Source of the DNA: a virus
Length of the DNA: 64,000 bases
Strand: one strand, 5' to 3'
IMG/VR virus record: IMGVR_UViG_3300013113_000555
Location: 6,851 to 70,850 of that record
Shown here: positions 36,901 to 47,900 of the stretch, piece after piece
How the letters are laid out: the number at the start of each line of letters is the position of its first letter
How positions within the stretch are numbered: the first letter of the stretch is position 1
Made by a program: the position numbers and the translations under genes
Notes under the pieces: generated by a model
What the model was told of the DNA's origin: nothing
Seen by the model: only the letters and a program-made list of their open reading frames with translations
The model's database searches: none

Positions 36901-39900
36901 GACACAACATCAACAGAATTAGGAATAGGTTTACTGTTTGTATCATAGCCCCACCCCTGAATCATTAAAGGGCCACGAAGTGCCATAAAACGATAATCAT
37001 CTGTATAATCATCATTTTTTTGAACACTCCATCCAGAAATCCCTTGGTCTTCTTTTCTAGCTAAAATTTCAAAATCATGACCGCTAGAAGCTGCGTCTGA
37101 TCTTTCTGTCAACAAAACTGAGTTTGGATTAGATAAAGGGTCTAAAAATGCTTGAGTTACACTAAGAGGTGTATAATCTTGAGAAGGAGGTTGTGTGCTA
37201 GAAGTTTTAAAACTATTACATTCACCAGTTTGATAAGAAATAAACCGAGGTAGTCCACCATCACCGCTTTTAGATACAGGTCTTATAATACCATCCCAAC
37301 TCATAATGGCAGTTTTTGCATAGCCACTATCAGTAGGTATAGCAACATTTAACTCTTGAATATTTTGGCTATTTATTTCTACTCTACCACTATTGGTTAT
37401 TCTACCAATCAATGTATGATGTGCTGATTTGGGAGCCTTTGCAGTTCTACCTATCTTATCTTCTAAAAATTGTTTAGTTCTATCAAAGCTAAAAGAAGAT
37501 TTTTCTAATCTTTTAGCTCTAACATTTCTCATGTTTTGAAGTCTGGTCTGACCTATTCTTTTTAGTCTTTCAGCATTGCCCTTAGAAAACTTACCAAACT
37601 GCGGTGTATAAGTGCTAAACTGATATGAAGTAGTGAATCCTCCTGCACCAACACTAACATTAACATTGGTTAAGTTAGGACCACCCGAACCAGTCCAACC
37701 TGATTTAACAACCTTGACAAATGAGCGACCATCAGTTACAGGTTCTAAAGTTGCATTTCTTGTTTCTATATAGTCTTGTAAACCAGCAGAATAATTTAAC
37801 TCAGCACCTAAAGGAATTTCTGGAAAACCAGCTAAAGTTACAGAACCTCTCTCTGATTGCCTCATCTGTGTTGCAGCATCTTGAACCTTTTGTAAAGCAG
37901 CTTGTTCCATGATTTGATCGCTACCGTATTCCCAAGGAACTAAACCGTCATCATTTTCTAATGACACCGAACCGGGTGCTCCCGCAACTCCAAAAGGTCC
38001 ATATACCTCTAAGTTATTTTGAACACAACAAAATGCGGAGTCAGGAAGTGCCGCTGATGGAAACAAACCATCAACAAAGCTACCCTTTTCAACACCTTGA
38101 TTTAAACCAGTTGGAATATCAGTGAGGGTTGCTGCTGCGTTTAAGTTTTCTTTAAAAGCAAGTGCATCAAATGCAGGAAGATATGCTGAAACTTGTGTAA
38201 ATGGAGCAGGAATAGTAATATTGAAATAAATAGAATCACCACTAGGATCAAGATTGTTTCCAAGAACCCACTTATCATTTATTTGTGCCTTTACCCAAAT
38301 ACTAGGATCAGAAATACCTGTTCCTGTTCCATTAGTTATATAGTCTTGATCTCCAATATAAGAGGGGTCTCCAGTAGCATAAGTACCACTACCCAAAAGC
38401 AATCCACTTAGCAAAGGAAACCTTAATATTGGTTGATATAAACCTTGTTCATCTCTAAAGAAATCTGTAGCAGGACTATTATGAGCTAAACCCAATACCT
38501 GACTAGTTCCATCTAAAACCCAAGCTTGATTTGATGTATCATGAGTGAACCTATAGGTGGGTGGTACTCCACTACCGAAAGCTGATGCTGAATCTAGCTT
38601 ATAACATACAGGAATACCATCGCTATTTACTAAAAACTGTTTTCCATAATAATCTTGAGCATAAGACTTTACAAAGTCATAAATTAAGTCAGAATCTTTT
38701 GCAGTGTTTTCTTCAAACCCTCTATCTTTATTATCGTCTTGGGGTCTTGGGATTACAATATCACCTACAGGAACATTGCCTTTTGCAGCCTCAAGATTAG
38801 CAGCATTATCTCTTTCAGGCTTATTTCCGATTGTACTAAGGTGCTCGCCTAGCTCTCCACCTAAATCACCACTCATAGTAGCAGTCATTGATTTAAAGCT
38901 AGAGTAGTCCATAAGTGCTGCTCTAATCTCAGGCTCAGTAACCCAAGCTGTTGCTGGTGTTCCACTACCAATAGGAGAATTAAGACTTTTATTTAATTTA
39001 TCAAATTCTAATTCAACTCTATAGTATCCAGAAGGATGAATTTCTGCTTTTAATAGTCGATTGTCTGAATTTACGCCCCAAAAAGGCTGAATAGGAGAAT
39101 CGCCTTGAATGCCACTTTCACTAGTTAATTGATATGGTTGAAGTTTTTTCCCACCCATAATAAATATTGAAGTGTTCTCATTTCTTACTTCCTTACCTTT
39201 TGTAAATGATATAATACCCCCTTCTGCTTGAGGATAAGCTAGTTGTCTATTAAGAATAAAGGTATCTAAAGCGTTGGACGCAGGAGGATTAGCTCTACTT
39301 ACTGTTCTTACTTTTATTATCTTTTTTAAACCAGCAGAAAAAGTAGGCTGTAATTCTATATAGTAGTCACAGCCTGCATCAGAACAAACCTGACTTATTA
39401 ACTCTGACATGCTAATTGTTGGACCAGAAATCCTATAATAGTTTGGAGAAATAGGTATTTCACTTAAATCAATTAAATAATCAGATTTTAAATTACCTAA
39501 GTTATCAAAACCATTGCTTGCAAGACGACCATATGTGGAACTAGAAGAACCCACATATATAAGTCTATTATCTTTTAAATATTTTTGATCGCAACTAGGA
39601 CCGGGTGCAATAGGATTAGAACAAAGTGAATGTATAGCAGCCTTTATATCCTTCCATAACATACCTCTTTCATTTGCTATCAAGCTCAAGGTGTTTTGTT
39701 CAGAAGTTCCTCCAAATCTTTTAGAACTAGGGCATGTATTCGCACTAGTGCATATTTGACCTTTAGATAATGTTTCTATAAAACCATAAGCATTAATTAA
39801 ATTATAAACATTTTCTGTATCACCGGGATAATCATTTACAATTATTTGAGTATTGTCTAATATTAATCTGGGGTCAGAAATGCTAACAGAGAAAAGAGGG

Positions 39901-40232
39901 TTTCCATTTGCGTCATTTTTCTGAGTCCAATCTTGAACTAATCCAGCAAACTCAAAATCTTCAATTCTAAAATATACAGGAACACCCGGTGTGGGATAAA
40001 CAAATCCTGGGTCTGCTATATCACCAGACCTTCTTACACCATTATCATACCATACTTTCGGCCCAATACAAGGGTCTTCGGCTAACTCTACAGTAAGAGA
40101 TGATCCTTGTTCGTTCCATCCTGCCGAAGCACTAAAACTTTGTACACTTGCCCCTAAAAAGATAGTTTGAACCAATGGTCCATAAAGACTGTTTGGGCTA
40201 CACTCATTTTTTTTTGCGAATTCAGTTGCCAT
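30981..40232 (-). CDS. Giant tail protein: N-terminal tail-tip/hub-like region fused to a long Cys-patterned repeat fibre
   Basis: 3083 aa, located after the tape measure and a 559-aa tail gene. About 30 alternating FG(T/S)GL and FxGN(L/I)S...CxVxVSG repeats in the C-terminal half. Confidence 0.75.
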   Translation of the reverse strand: MATEFAKKNECSPNSLYGPLVQTIFLGASVQSFSASAGWNEQGSSLTVELAEDPCIGPKVWYDNGVRRSGDIADPGFVYPTPGVPVYFRIEDFEFAGLVQDWTQKNDANGNPLFSVSISDPRLILDNTQIIVNDYPGDTENVYNLINAYGFIETLSKGQICTSANTCPSSKRFGGTSEQNTLSLIANERGMLWKDIKAAIHSLCSNPIAPGPSCDQKYLKDNRLIYVGSSSSTYGRLASNGFDNLGNLKSDYLIDLSEIPISPNYYRISGPTISMSELISQVCSDAGCDYYIELQPTFSAGLKKIIKVRTVSRANPPASNALDTFILNRQLAYPQAEGGIISFTKGKEVRNENTSIFIMGGKKLQPYQLTSESGIQGDSPIQPFWGVNSDNRLLKAEIHPSGYYRVELEFDKLNKSLNSPIGSGTPATAWVTEPEIRAALMDYSSFKSMTATMSGDLGGELGEHLSTIGNKPERDNAANLEAAKGNVPVGDIVIPRPQDDNKDRGFEENTAKDSDLIYDFVKSYAQDYYGKQFLVNSDGIPVCYKLDSASAFGSGVPPTYRFTHDTSNQAWVLDGTSQVLGLAHNSPATDFFRDEQGLYQPILRFPLLSGLLLGSGTYATGDPSYIGDQDYITNGTGTGISDPSIWVKAQINDKWVLGNNLDPSGDSIYFNITIPAPFTQVSAYLPAFDALAFKENLNAAATLTDIPTGLNQGVEKGSFVDGLFPSAALPDSAFCCVQNNLEVYGPFGVAGAPGSVSLENDDGLVPWEYGSDQIMEQAALQKVQDAATQMRQSERGSVTLAGFPEIPLGAELNYSAGLQDYIETRNATLEPVTDGRSFVKVVKSGWTGSGGPNLTNVNVSVGAGGFTTSYQFSTYTPQFGKFSKGNAERLKRIGQTRLQNMRNVRAKRLEKSSFSFDRTKQFLEDKIGRTAKAPKSAHHTLIGRITNSGRVEINSQNIQELNVAIPTDSGYAKTAIMSWDGIIRPVSKSGDGGLPRFISYQTGECNSFKTSSTQPPSQDYTPLSVTQAFLDPLSNPNSVLLTERSDAASSGHDFEILARKEDQGISGWSVQKNDDYTDDYRFMALRGPLMIQGWGYDTNSKPIPNSVDVVSNITGNGQYESQGLTDKFLDGFLQQPETWPVAPLDLRLDRKRGVWTVAQQPRPVHVNITGCLGTGSVSAVATATNLAETYDADGNAVSDQISITWPWGISNPTGIGKVPVYYDDNDCKNYVFPINRFDAAYIAFGDPESQKNTIYDTKSIVFSGFEVIETIEDCQNSLLVKPSGSGDAVFLCVSGLNTCPEDFGGYLKQSVNGCLAFGSGLFITGYNVTNLRVDTNLIASGTEYIQDGCSFTNVEGTVEKRFTKLGFAGNLSTTVDIDNDCAVIVSGFQQPISITNSGVCGDAEQNTVFSSLIIGTGLRYVDRDAIIPCEVELRSNIKALGTVYTRSEVIGCTWQKEGNPSFDTLFENLNFVGNISVTGDDCDVYVSGFQQPLAMINSGVCGRDNEFLDGGVPDTYWDILVARTGLKWHYEGEGEHGCTGILDVILQTSGAPWIRTYGEDCSLTDGDPTSNVFERIAFTGNLSHTVNGCTTIVSGFNNIVVSGQTWSIDYNDCNAYVASAPLGNGGILDKIIFTGELSTSFGSNCEVIVSGFHQPNIIIDTGTCGGVGLGTYNADTFIFGTGLDVVEKEVDGKCAMLINHNLTISGYDLVTNPLDPCGDRVDGAKTETTAWEKIAFTGNISVSTGLNPCDIFVSGFQNNIPITGEKWTRDGGSGGDDDYQCYWSQTGYNVQTNFDSIATAGFISLITGVGCEVYLSGVEQPFRFIESGTCGSTVIETYNSKGLIFGSGLKASMITDSNCSGIVEVDIKAQGLQWGRISSPPTSCGWQPTVTSIERRFENLIFEGNLSVTGSTNGCNIHISGVQPSIKVQGLAECPSISAFAESDISKIRFGTGLQLTAGVDACDDGPRVDVKLIADGFDRRGGTPTAVTQRFTKINFGENLGIESNGTCEITVTGIQTNLTLSGIASCNNSNYLKETISTLKIGRGLKAENTNEVRLDLWFKGNEYTDSCTKGAGLESNTVTGIEFRDIALSENVSDCSLIVSGLKTVQLAGVDDSGSGCGTVVAPFDAKRLIFGTGLELVDNGCSGVVNSTLKVSGKDSTLVTITDQPVTSFNFLSDTPTRTPIYVNTDGCEITVSGGPARILVSGITSCGQAGNAYYSALKENLEFGKGLFVTDGTEPESAKIESVFYVAGDTDNGCGTTTAAASVTGLVFGSGLELTSGTCSGVVRTNLIAVGTDKSGGGSALVQKRFTKLKFHADDFSPFSIQEDSGDNCQVIVSGVPVMVTSGLLACGRAAVPFQISRGIGFGTGLQLNSDSQVNAVHKVQGTDRGGGSFTTQVFETLTFGSGLSSVNKSNCEVQINIDSAPVCISGLDTCGGSAVAESTYECIGIGTGLKITNNGASALIESNIQAEGTDKRNGGSSAIALQQFESLNFIGGISVHEGSECELFISGIEGISIIGDAACERSAVAEFKANTFEFGTGLQVVQDSNKVLVDSVINAAGDGFPAAVFENIVFEGGLSVSGDGCNVHVSGLDFIFSGINTCPKDGDGYLKESIQQISIGSGLIATNDASVGRIDLNLTASGLTYPVLEAYPCDTNAVQLDRTNFTSLNFVGNLSVEADPANDCRLLVSGIPSIFSGIGVCMRDVVAPFDACLLAVGTGLQLSERDGKAILNSTLTIQQPADTSTCYDTIADPTAFETISISGFGANVSDCGLTLTHKQNIKKTEEASCYFNVDGNSTFAETPFKVLDFGEGILAEVDGCVATIKAGMAGYANGGSCEAFDGSTPVTSLVTAVGAGYGIFAEIDNSAGCNAITFSQPLSLCSTNLVGQSITKSADAPYPDTTCSIIDCTDGTWNAGNGPFEERRPPKAWNQIVAGPGVGITAGCSGEQGGLNGDCTTIFYSNHILNGKTCDDQDVLVIQQFDWNYDCDFELTQSAATPSAQFDGADWTQSTIIKLSETNGGTNCWQGTIVTGCVSDGGYVTSCLTATIAGTASCNGKYWLKDIPAQWINGTDCNSTCQNPE
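31640..36480 (-). repeat. Degenerate protein-level tandem repeats (alternating A/B units of about 40-60 aa)
   Basis: Hand count: about 17 GxGL-type and about 14 FxGNLS/C-V-VSG-type units; not conserved at nucleotide level. Confidence 0.8.
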
Positions 40233-40249
40233 CTTATTCCTTTTTTTCC

Positions 40250-41929
40250 TTATGTGCCACTACAATTATTATAAGTAAAAGCAATGTTTTTTGTGTATCT
40301 GCCTTGAGTAAAATTCCAACTTTGACCATTAGAAGAAGTAAAAACTTGAGAATAGTTCGCTGTCAAGCTATTGTAAATTGTATTTATAAAACCATTTACT
40401 TGACCGCTAGGATTGGTCTTATTTATTTCTTCAATACTAGCACAGGATGTAGGAGGAACAGTAACTACTTCTACACTTATAGTTTTTACTCTTGCTGTAG
40501 TAGTACCTATATCTTGTAAGAGTGGTCCTTGTGCTCTGCCCAAAATAGTTTGTGTTGCAAAAACATCTGATTCAAGTTGGTCGTCAACAGTAATGTTTTG
40601 AGATATTATACAGTCACCCGTTATGCACCCCTGTAGGCTATCATCATAACTAATACTATAACTAATTGTTCCCTGCAATGGGTTCTCACCAACAGTAATG
40701 GTTTTTGGTCTATCAGCTAATATAATAGCTCTCTGACAACTACCCTGTAAAAAAGGTTCACTATTTAAGGTAGCATGTGCTGCCCTTTTAAAGAAAACAT
40801 CTTTAGTTTGTAAATTTGAAAAATATGCCCTAGCCTTTTCAATAGACTGTTCTTGTTCTCTTAATTGATTTTCAGTAACAGAGTCTCCATTATAATTAGT
40901 TCCTGCTTTATAATCAATAAGACTATAGCCCTGAATCTGACCTTGCACTGTTGCCGATGTAACACCACCCTCTGTTGAAAGACTAATATCAAAAGTTTCA
41001 AAAGCACCGTCTAGATTATCAGAACCCGCCGCTTGAGGCTGTAAGCTAAAAGTCTCAGTTACAGAAACAGAGTTATCAGTTCTATTAATAGATGCATTTC
41101 TAAAACGATCATATATTGTTAAAGATTGTCCCGCCTTAGTTATAGGGAGACCTATAAGACCGCTGGCAGAAACCGTTGTGATAGAAGCATCTGATGAAAC
41201 ACCATATTTATCATTTAAATAACCAGTTGCATAATCATAAGCCGATTGCCAACCCGGTTTAGATTCTAATGATGTAGGACTACTGGTTCCTGTATATGTA
41301 GTTCTTCCTTTAACATCTATAGTATGGGTAAAAATACCATCCCATAAAAAATCTTCTGTATAGACTACCGTACCAGTACTTGTTCTATAATCACCACTAA
41401 ATGAAGCACCAATTCTTTTTTCTTTGAAATCTGATTGCCAATTTTCAGAAAAAGATTCAATAAAAGGAGGATGAATTGGAACTCTTGGGTGTGGATCACC
41501 ACCATCAAAACCACTTGGATTTATAGTGTCTTGGCCCGTACCTTGCATCAAGGTAGGCATACCAAACTCTACAGTATATTTTGCTGATCTAGTATAGTTA
41601 TCTGGAGTGCTTTCTATAGAAAAAGAATTTACAATTGGGCGACCACTAATTATTGGATTAGTACCACTTCCATCATTGCATGTGGCTACTAATAAATATC
41701 CATCTTGGGAAACAGCACTTCTTAAATTATCTATTTCTTTAAAAAGACCAGTAACACCAAGCTGAATTTCATTGCCAGTTAATATAAGATCGCCATCTAA
41801 TACAATCCTATGGTTTGCACCCCAACCAGAACCTTCTAATGTTTTATAAGCATCTGTTGATATATTAAAAATTGGAGCAGGTCTAAACTCATAATTTCCA
41901 TATTTAAATTCTACTGAACCATGTGACAT
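40250..41929 (-). CDS. Putative distal tail/baseplate protein
   Basis: Immediately downstream of the tape measure gene; beta-rich Ser/Thr/Gly composition. Confidence 0.55.
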   Translation of the reverse strand: MSHGSVEFKYGNYEFRPAPIFNISTDAYKTLEGSGWGANHRIVLDGDLILTGNEIQLGVTGLFKEIDNLRSAVSQDGYLLVATCNDGSGTNPIISGRPIVNSFSIESTPDNYTRSAKYTVEFGMPTLMQGTGQDTINPSGFDGGDPHPRVPIHPPFIESFSENWQSDFKEKRIGASFSGDYRTSTGTVVYTEDFLWDGIFTHTIDVKGRTTYTGTSSPTSLESKPGWQSAYDYATGYLNDKYGVSSDASITTVSASGLIGLPITKAGQSLTIYDRFRNASINRTDNSVSVTETFSLQPQAAGSDNLDGAFETFDISLSTEGGVTSATVQGQIQGYSLIDYKAGTNYNGDSVTENQLREQEQSIEKARAYFSNLQTKDVFFKRAAHATLNSEPFLQGSCQRAIILADRPKTITVGENPLQGTISYSISYDDSLQGCITGDCIISQNITVDDQLESDVFATQTILGRAQGPLLQDIGTTTARVKTISVEVVTVPPTSCASIEEINKTNPSGQVNGFINTIYNSLTANYSQVFTSSNGQSWNFTQGRYTKNIAFTYNNCSGT

Positions 41930-41946
41930 TTTTTATTCCTCATACT

Positions 41947-44900
41947 TTAAGACAATCTTGGATCACTAAGAGAACCATCTGGGGTTTGCATACCCTTTAA
42001 TTGTTCTGCAACGGCAGCTAAAACATCATTCTTTACCTTTTCACCAAACGAAGTCATCAAAGCACCACCATTTAGTACTACATCAACTGTTCCAACTTGT
42101 GCATTTAAATCAACCTTTAACTCTGGAAGATTAGCAAGTTTTTCTGCTGCCTGAGAAACCTTATCTGCAAACTGGTTTTCTCCAGAAAGTGCTTGGCTGG
42201 CTTGTAATAATTTTTCTGCTGAATCATTAAGGACTGATCCCCCCTGATCTAATGCTTTAGGTATTTCTTTTCCTAGCCTTGAATCCCTCCTGTTTCTAAG
42301 TGGATTTTTATCTCTAGCTCTATCTACTCTTTCTGCTTGAGTTTGTTTCAAAAATTGTTGTTGAGTTGGTTGTTCTTCAAAAATCTTATTAACAGCATTT
42401 TGCTGGGCTATTTTATTAACATCTGGTTTAAGAGCATTAATATCAAAAAGAGTATTAGGAGCAGCGATTCCATTTGAACCACCATCCCTAAGTGATGAAG
42501 CTATAGCGTTACTTCTTGCAATGTCCGCTGGATCAGCACCGTCATTAAATGCTGCATTAGCAGCAGAAACTACGTCTGGATCAAACTGTTCAGCGATGGA
42601 AGCGAACGCATTAGTAGAGGTTGAAGCTCCAGCAACGGTTGTAGAGCCTTCAAACCGGTTTGTATCTGGTGTGTTCGGACCACCACCTCTAAAAGCAAGA
42701 ACTGTTTTTGTAAGTTCAGCTAAAGCGTTTTTAGTAGTAGTAACCTGATCTGTTAAAAGAACAAACTGTGCATCTAATGCTGTTATTTTGTCATTAGCTT
42801 GTGATTCTACAGCACCTTCTTTTCCTTTTTGTATAGCGGCAGCATCATCTAATAGCTGTTGTTTTTCATCATCAACATCTTGTGATCTTACAATTGCATC
42901 ACCAAGCACTTCGCCACCTTTAACGTCCTTTATACCTTCTCCTACAGCCGTACTTGCAACTTGCTTTAAGTTTGCGAAATCTTCATCGCTTACACCAAAT
43001 TGTTGTCTAGTAAAATCATCTAAGCTTAATAAATCTGCTAACTCATCAAAACTAAAGTCACCAACATCTTCTCCAGCGGCCAGCCTCTTAGCCTTGCCCA
43101 AAGCAGCAATAGGCTTATTGGCTTCTTCTATTATCTTTTGTCTTTCTTGTGGTGTTTTTGCATCGCCAAGCTTTCTAGCCAAACTAGCAGCCTTTTGTTG
43201 TCCGGTAAGCTGAGATTCTTGTAATTTAGCAAGCTCGCTTTCTATAGCAGCAAGTTGGGTAACATCATCTCCAAGCTGTTGTAAAGCATCACTTGTTCCT
43301 TGAAGTGCTTGTTGATTATCAGCAAGAGCCTTGATTAATTGGTCTGTATCTTCTTCTTGAAGTGCTCCACCAGCTAGACCTTCTTGACCAGAAGCTTCTC
43401 CTAGTCGCCTTTTTAAACTTTCTCTTTCGGCTTGTAAACGCTCTCTTCTATCAGATAAAGAAGCGGCACTTAAAACATCAGTTTCACCAACGCCTGCGGC
43501 AGCAGCACCTCTAGCTCCAGCACCACCAGCATTTACAGTAGCTTCAAGCTTATTTCTCAATCTTTCTTCTGCTTGTTCTCTAACATTAACACTTTGATTT
43601 AAGAACTTATTGAATTTATCTTCAAAAGCTTCTCTTTGACCTATAATGGTTAGTCTTTTTTGCGTTTCAATCTGTGCTATTTCACTTTGAACATTAGCAG
43701 CGTTAATAACAGCAGTATTAAGAACATTTAAACTATTAGTAACCTCCGCTAATGCAGCAGCGGTTTGATCTGTAAATTGATCTATACCAGCAGTTAAATC
43801 ACCACTAACTAAACTTTCTTTAAGTTCTTTTATACCAATCGTTCCTCCGTCTTGTCTTGATGCACCAACAGATGCCTCTAAACCTGCTAAAAACTTTTCT
43901 CTTACGTCCTTTGGTAGATCGTCTAGTTCATCGGCGTTATCTTCTTCAAATCTTTTTCTAATTCCAGAAGCAGTAATATCACCAGACTTAACATCACCTG
44001 TACCCAAGTCTGCTTCAATATTATCAATTAATTTCGTAAAACTTGATTCTAGATTTTTACCAAAATCTAATACCTCGACTGTTTCTGCAAGAGCCTTATC
44101 TCCACCTGGTCCAACAGTAGCAGAAATGTTTGCCACGCCCTGTTTAATTTCTTCCCTAGAAGCAGCATCTATATTTTCAAAAGGATTAAATTTAGCACTA
44201 GCAGTAATAGATGTATCACCAGAAAGTATTTTTTCTACTTCTGAATTAATATTATCTGCAACAGTGGTAAACTTATCTGTTAAACTAGAGACACCTTTAT
44301 TTAATTTATCAATAGCAGTACCGAAAGCATCAAAAAGTTTTAAACTTGACCTTATTTGTTCGTCTCTTTGTTTTGCTGCAAGTGTTGCTTTTATTTGAGC
44401 AAATGTCTGATCTTGTTGTGCTCCTGTGCTTGCCTTTAATGCTTGAAAAACATTTGCTGCCTCGGAAGCATTTCCTCCTAAAGCAGCAGTAACAGCAGCT
44501 AATTTTTCAGGATCAGCTTTGTCTCCAGCAGCTAATATTTGTTCTATAGCAGCAAAAACATCATCAAGATTAGAAGCATCTGCTGCCTTTGTTACTACAT
44601 TACCTTTTTCGTCTTTTATTGCCCTTCCCTGTTCATCCCTTTCTGTAACTTTAACGCCTTTTACTATATCTCGTACACCACCCTCTGTTCCTACTTTAGC
44701 TCCTAAAGTAGCCAATAGATTGTCTGCTCTAGCTTTGCTTGCTTTTCGTATATCTCCACCCTTTTGAAGTGTAGATAAAAACACACTATTCGCTTGCTGA
44801 AACGGTTTTAGTGCTTCTTTAAAATCTGCGTCTTCTCCAGCTATTCCAGCAAGTTGTTTCTCTAAATCAGCAGCCTCAAGCTGTGCTGCATTTGTAGCAA

Positions 44901-47900
44901 TATTTTTAAATATTTTAGCAGTTTGTTCTAACGTCTCTGGATCAGAATTTTCAGTAAGCTCTTTAAAGGTATTTTCTAGATCATTGAAGTCTTCAATGTC
45001 TGACAAATCTAATTGTGCAAGTTTTTTGGCACTAGAACTAACTGCAAAAATAGAATCAAGAGATTTTGCACCTAATTGCTGTAAGGCATCACCTGTCTCT
45101 TTTAATTTTTCAGTGTCTAATAAATTAACTGATGTTATAAAGCTTTCTACAGCCTGTGTTTGTTGATCTAAAAATACTGCTCCTTGAACAGAAGCAATAC
45201 GATCATCTGCTACTTCTTGTCCTGACTGACCAGTAAATAAACCTTTAATTTCATCAGAAATACCAGCAGTAGCAAATGATAAACTACCGCCGATAGCGGT
45301 GCTTGCTGCCCCAGTAATTCCTTGTTGATTAATAAGGCTTCCAGCCACGCTAAACACACCAGAAACAGAAGATGTAATACTGTTCAATGTCCCTATTGTA
45401 TTTTGGTATAAACTGCTTTGTGTAATAGCATCTTCAATCGAGGAAGCAAAATTTTTAAGACCAAGAGAAGTAACCCCCAACTCATTAACAAAAGGTTGAA
45501 GAAACTGTGCTATCTTATTTCCTGAGTTTTCTTTTAAAGACTGACTCCAGCCGGTTAAAGCTTCTTCCGAAGAAGCAAAAGCAGAGGAAATAGTTTTACT
45601 TTCAGCTAAGTCTATCGCAGCACCTACTGACACTCCAACAGGACCGCCTAAAACCCCGCCAATAACAGAAGCATCAGGAATACCGCCCTCGCCTCCTTCT
45701 GCGGCTTTCAAACCGCCATTTTCTATTTCATCTAATTTTTTAGAGGTTGTTATAACAGAACTAGTAAGTTTTTCTTGTGCAGTAAGAAACTTACCAATCT
45801 TTTCTTGATCTTTATTTATATCAAGCTTTTCTACATCTCCTAAGTCTCCAAGTGCCTCACTAGCAGCTTTAGCAGCTTTATCTAAAGAAGTAAGAGCATT
45901 AAATATTTTTTGATCTTTGATACCACTAAATAATCCATCTATTCCTCCTACAATAGCACCTCCAATAGCACCAACAACAGTGCCAACAACAGGAATAGGA
46001 ATAAGGCTACCAATACCCGCACCAATAGCAGCCCCCTTAGCAGCACCAGAAGCAGCACCAAAAGCACCAGCAGCGACAGTACTTCCTGATTCAAAACCTT
46101 TAGCACCACCAATTTCTTTAAGACCTACCTTATCTCCAATAGTATTAATAATAGGGTCAGCTAATACCGCAGCAATAATACCAGGTATGCTTTTACCCTT
46201 TTTAAAAGCACCTTTTAACTTCTTAGGGTCTTTAAACTGGTCTACTAAATCAGTAAAAAAGCCCTTGCTAATTTTCTTAAAATTGCCTTTCTTACCTAAT
46301 TTCTTAATACCATCACGAAAACCATCACCAAACAAATCTTCTGGTATGCCACGGAAACCAGCATCTCTAACTTTTGAAACTCCTTTACTAGCAATATCTG
46401 AAACAAATGATTTTGATTTGTCACTACTAGTAATTTTTCCAGCCAACTTAGAGAATATTCCCTTTAAACCGCCTCCACCCTTGCCACCACCACCAAGCTT
46501 AGGCAATAAGTCATCAAAACTTAATAGACTCTTTTTACTTCTCCTTTTTCTACCTAAGTCTTTATCTCCCTTTTTTAAAGTGAAGCTCTTTTCACCTAAG
46601 CGTGCCTCTGGTGATAAATTAAAAAACTGTTGCTTGTTTTGTTTTAATTGTGCTAAGTCTCTTTTTCCTTTTCGGGCCTCTGCTGGATTTGAAGACTTAA
46701 CCCTTGTTTCTGCTTCTTCAATATCTTTATCAAAAATAGCCCTATCTGCATCATCCTGCTTTCTAATTCTTCTTGAACGATTATTAGCAATTAATTCTCT
46801 TCTTTCTTGCCTAGTAAGATTTTTTCTTTTTTCATTTCTTGCTGCCCTTTCTTTTTTTACTCTTACACTTCGATCAATCTCTGCCACCTTATCTGGTTTT
46901 TTAACAACAGATTGTTCCAGTGTTTCACCAGCCCTCCTATTAGTAGCTACAGACGGAGCATCAGCACCACCTTCCAAGGCAGAAATGGTAGCCGTCTCTG
47001 CTTTAGCAGCCGCTTCCGCTATTTTATCTGGAAGTTCGGTAAGTCCTTCTGCTGCTGCACCAACGGCTTCTGTCAAAGCCCCAGTAGCTTCTGTAGCAGC
47101 CTCTAAGGATGCTATTTCTCCATCAACTGCTTCAATTTTTTCTGCTACCTTTTTTTCTTCATCACTAAGAAGTGCATCAGTAGCATCAGAAAAACTATCA
47201 AAAAGCCCCTCAAGCCCCGCAGACAGAATAGGAACAATTGATATAACTTCACCGATATTGCTAAAATCTACAGATTTTAAAGAACCAAACGCAATAGTAG
47301 CCTTGCCTACATTTTTAGCAAGCTCTGAAAAAAATGCTGTACCACCAGAAGATTGACCGCCATTTTGAAATGATTGAACACCAAAAAGACCACCAGTATT
47401 AAAATTTTGCAAACCTGATTTTTCAGAAGAATCTTTCTTGATAACAAAAGAACCTCTATCTAAAGTAGCTGGAAAGGTATCTTTATTGCCTTTGCCCGGC
47501 ACTGTTGCTATTTTAGAAATATCTGAACCTAGCAGACTACGAATAAGCGAACTATCGCCAGTACGGTTGAATTTTTTAAGATTCTGTAATCCTATTTTTT
47601 CTGCTAATTTAGGATTAAATACAAGTTCACCCGGTGTAAGAAGCGAGTTAGCCGTAAATGTTAAACCACCTCTTGATTTTTCATCTTGGGGCAGTATCTC
47701 GAAAGGGGTTGTACCCTTGATGTCTTTTGTATCTCTAGATGCAAATACTTCAAAGTTTTTTTGAAATTTCTCATCACTAATTGCCTTATTAACAACCTTG
47801 CTAATAAGACCTCCCTCCGGTGCTCTAGCTAAACCTAAATTAGCTTTTACCTCTGCTCTTTTTAATTCTGTTATAGATGCACCAGGTGGAGACTCAAAAA

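Noticed and set aside
29908-40232. Diversity-generating retroelement targeting the fibre tip
   Set aside because: No reverse transcriptase, and I found no near-identical nucleotide repeat pair differing at adenines. A computational self-alignment would be needed to exclude it fully.
45917-47356. 479-aa + strand ORF and the many other short ORFs antisense to the tape measure, fibre and replication genes
   Set aside because: Shadow frames of long genes, with Ser/Pro/Leu/Phe-biased translations, no RBS and no motifs.
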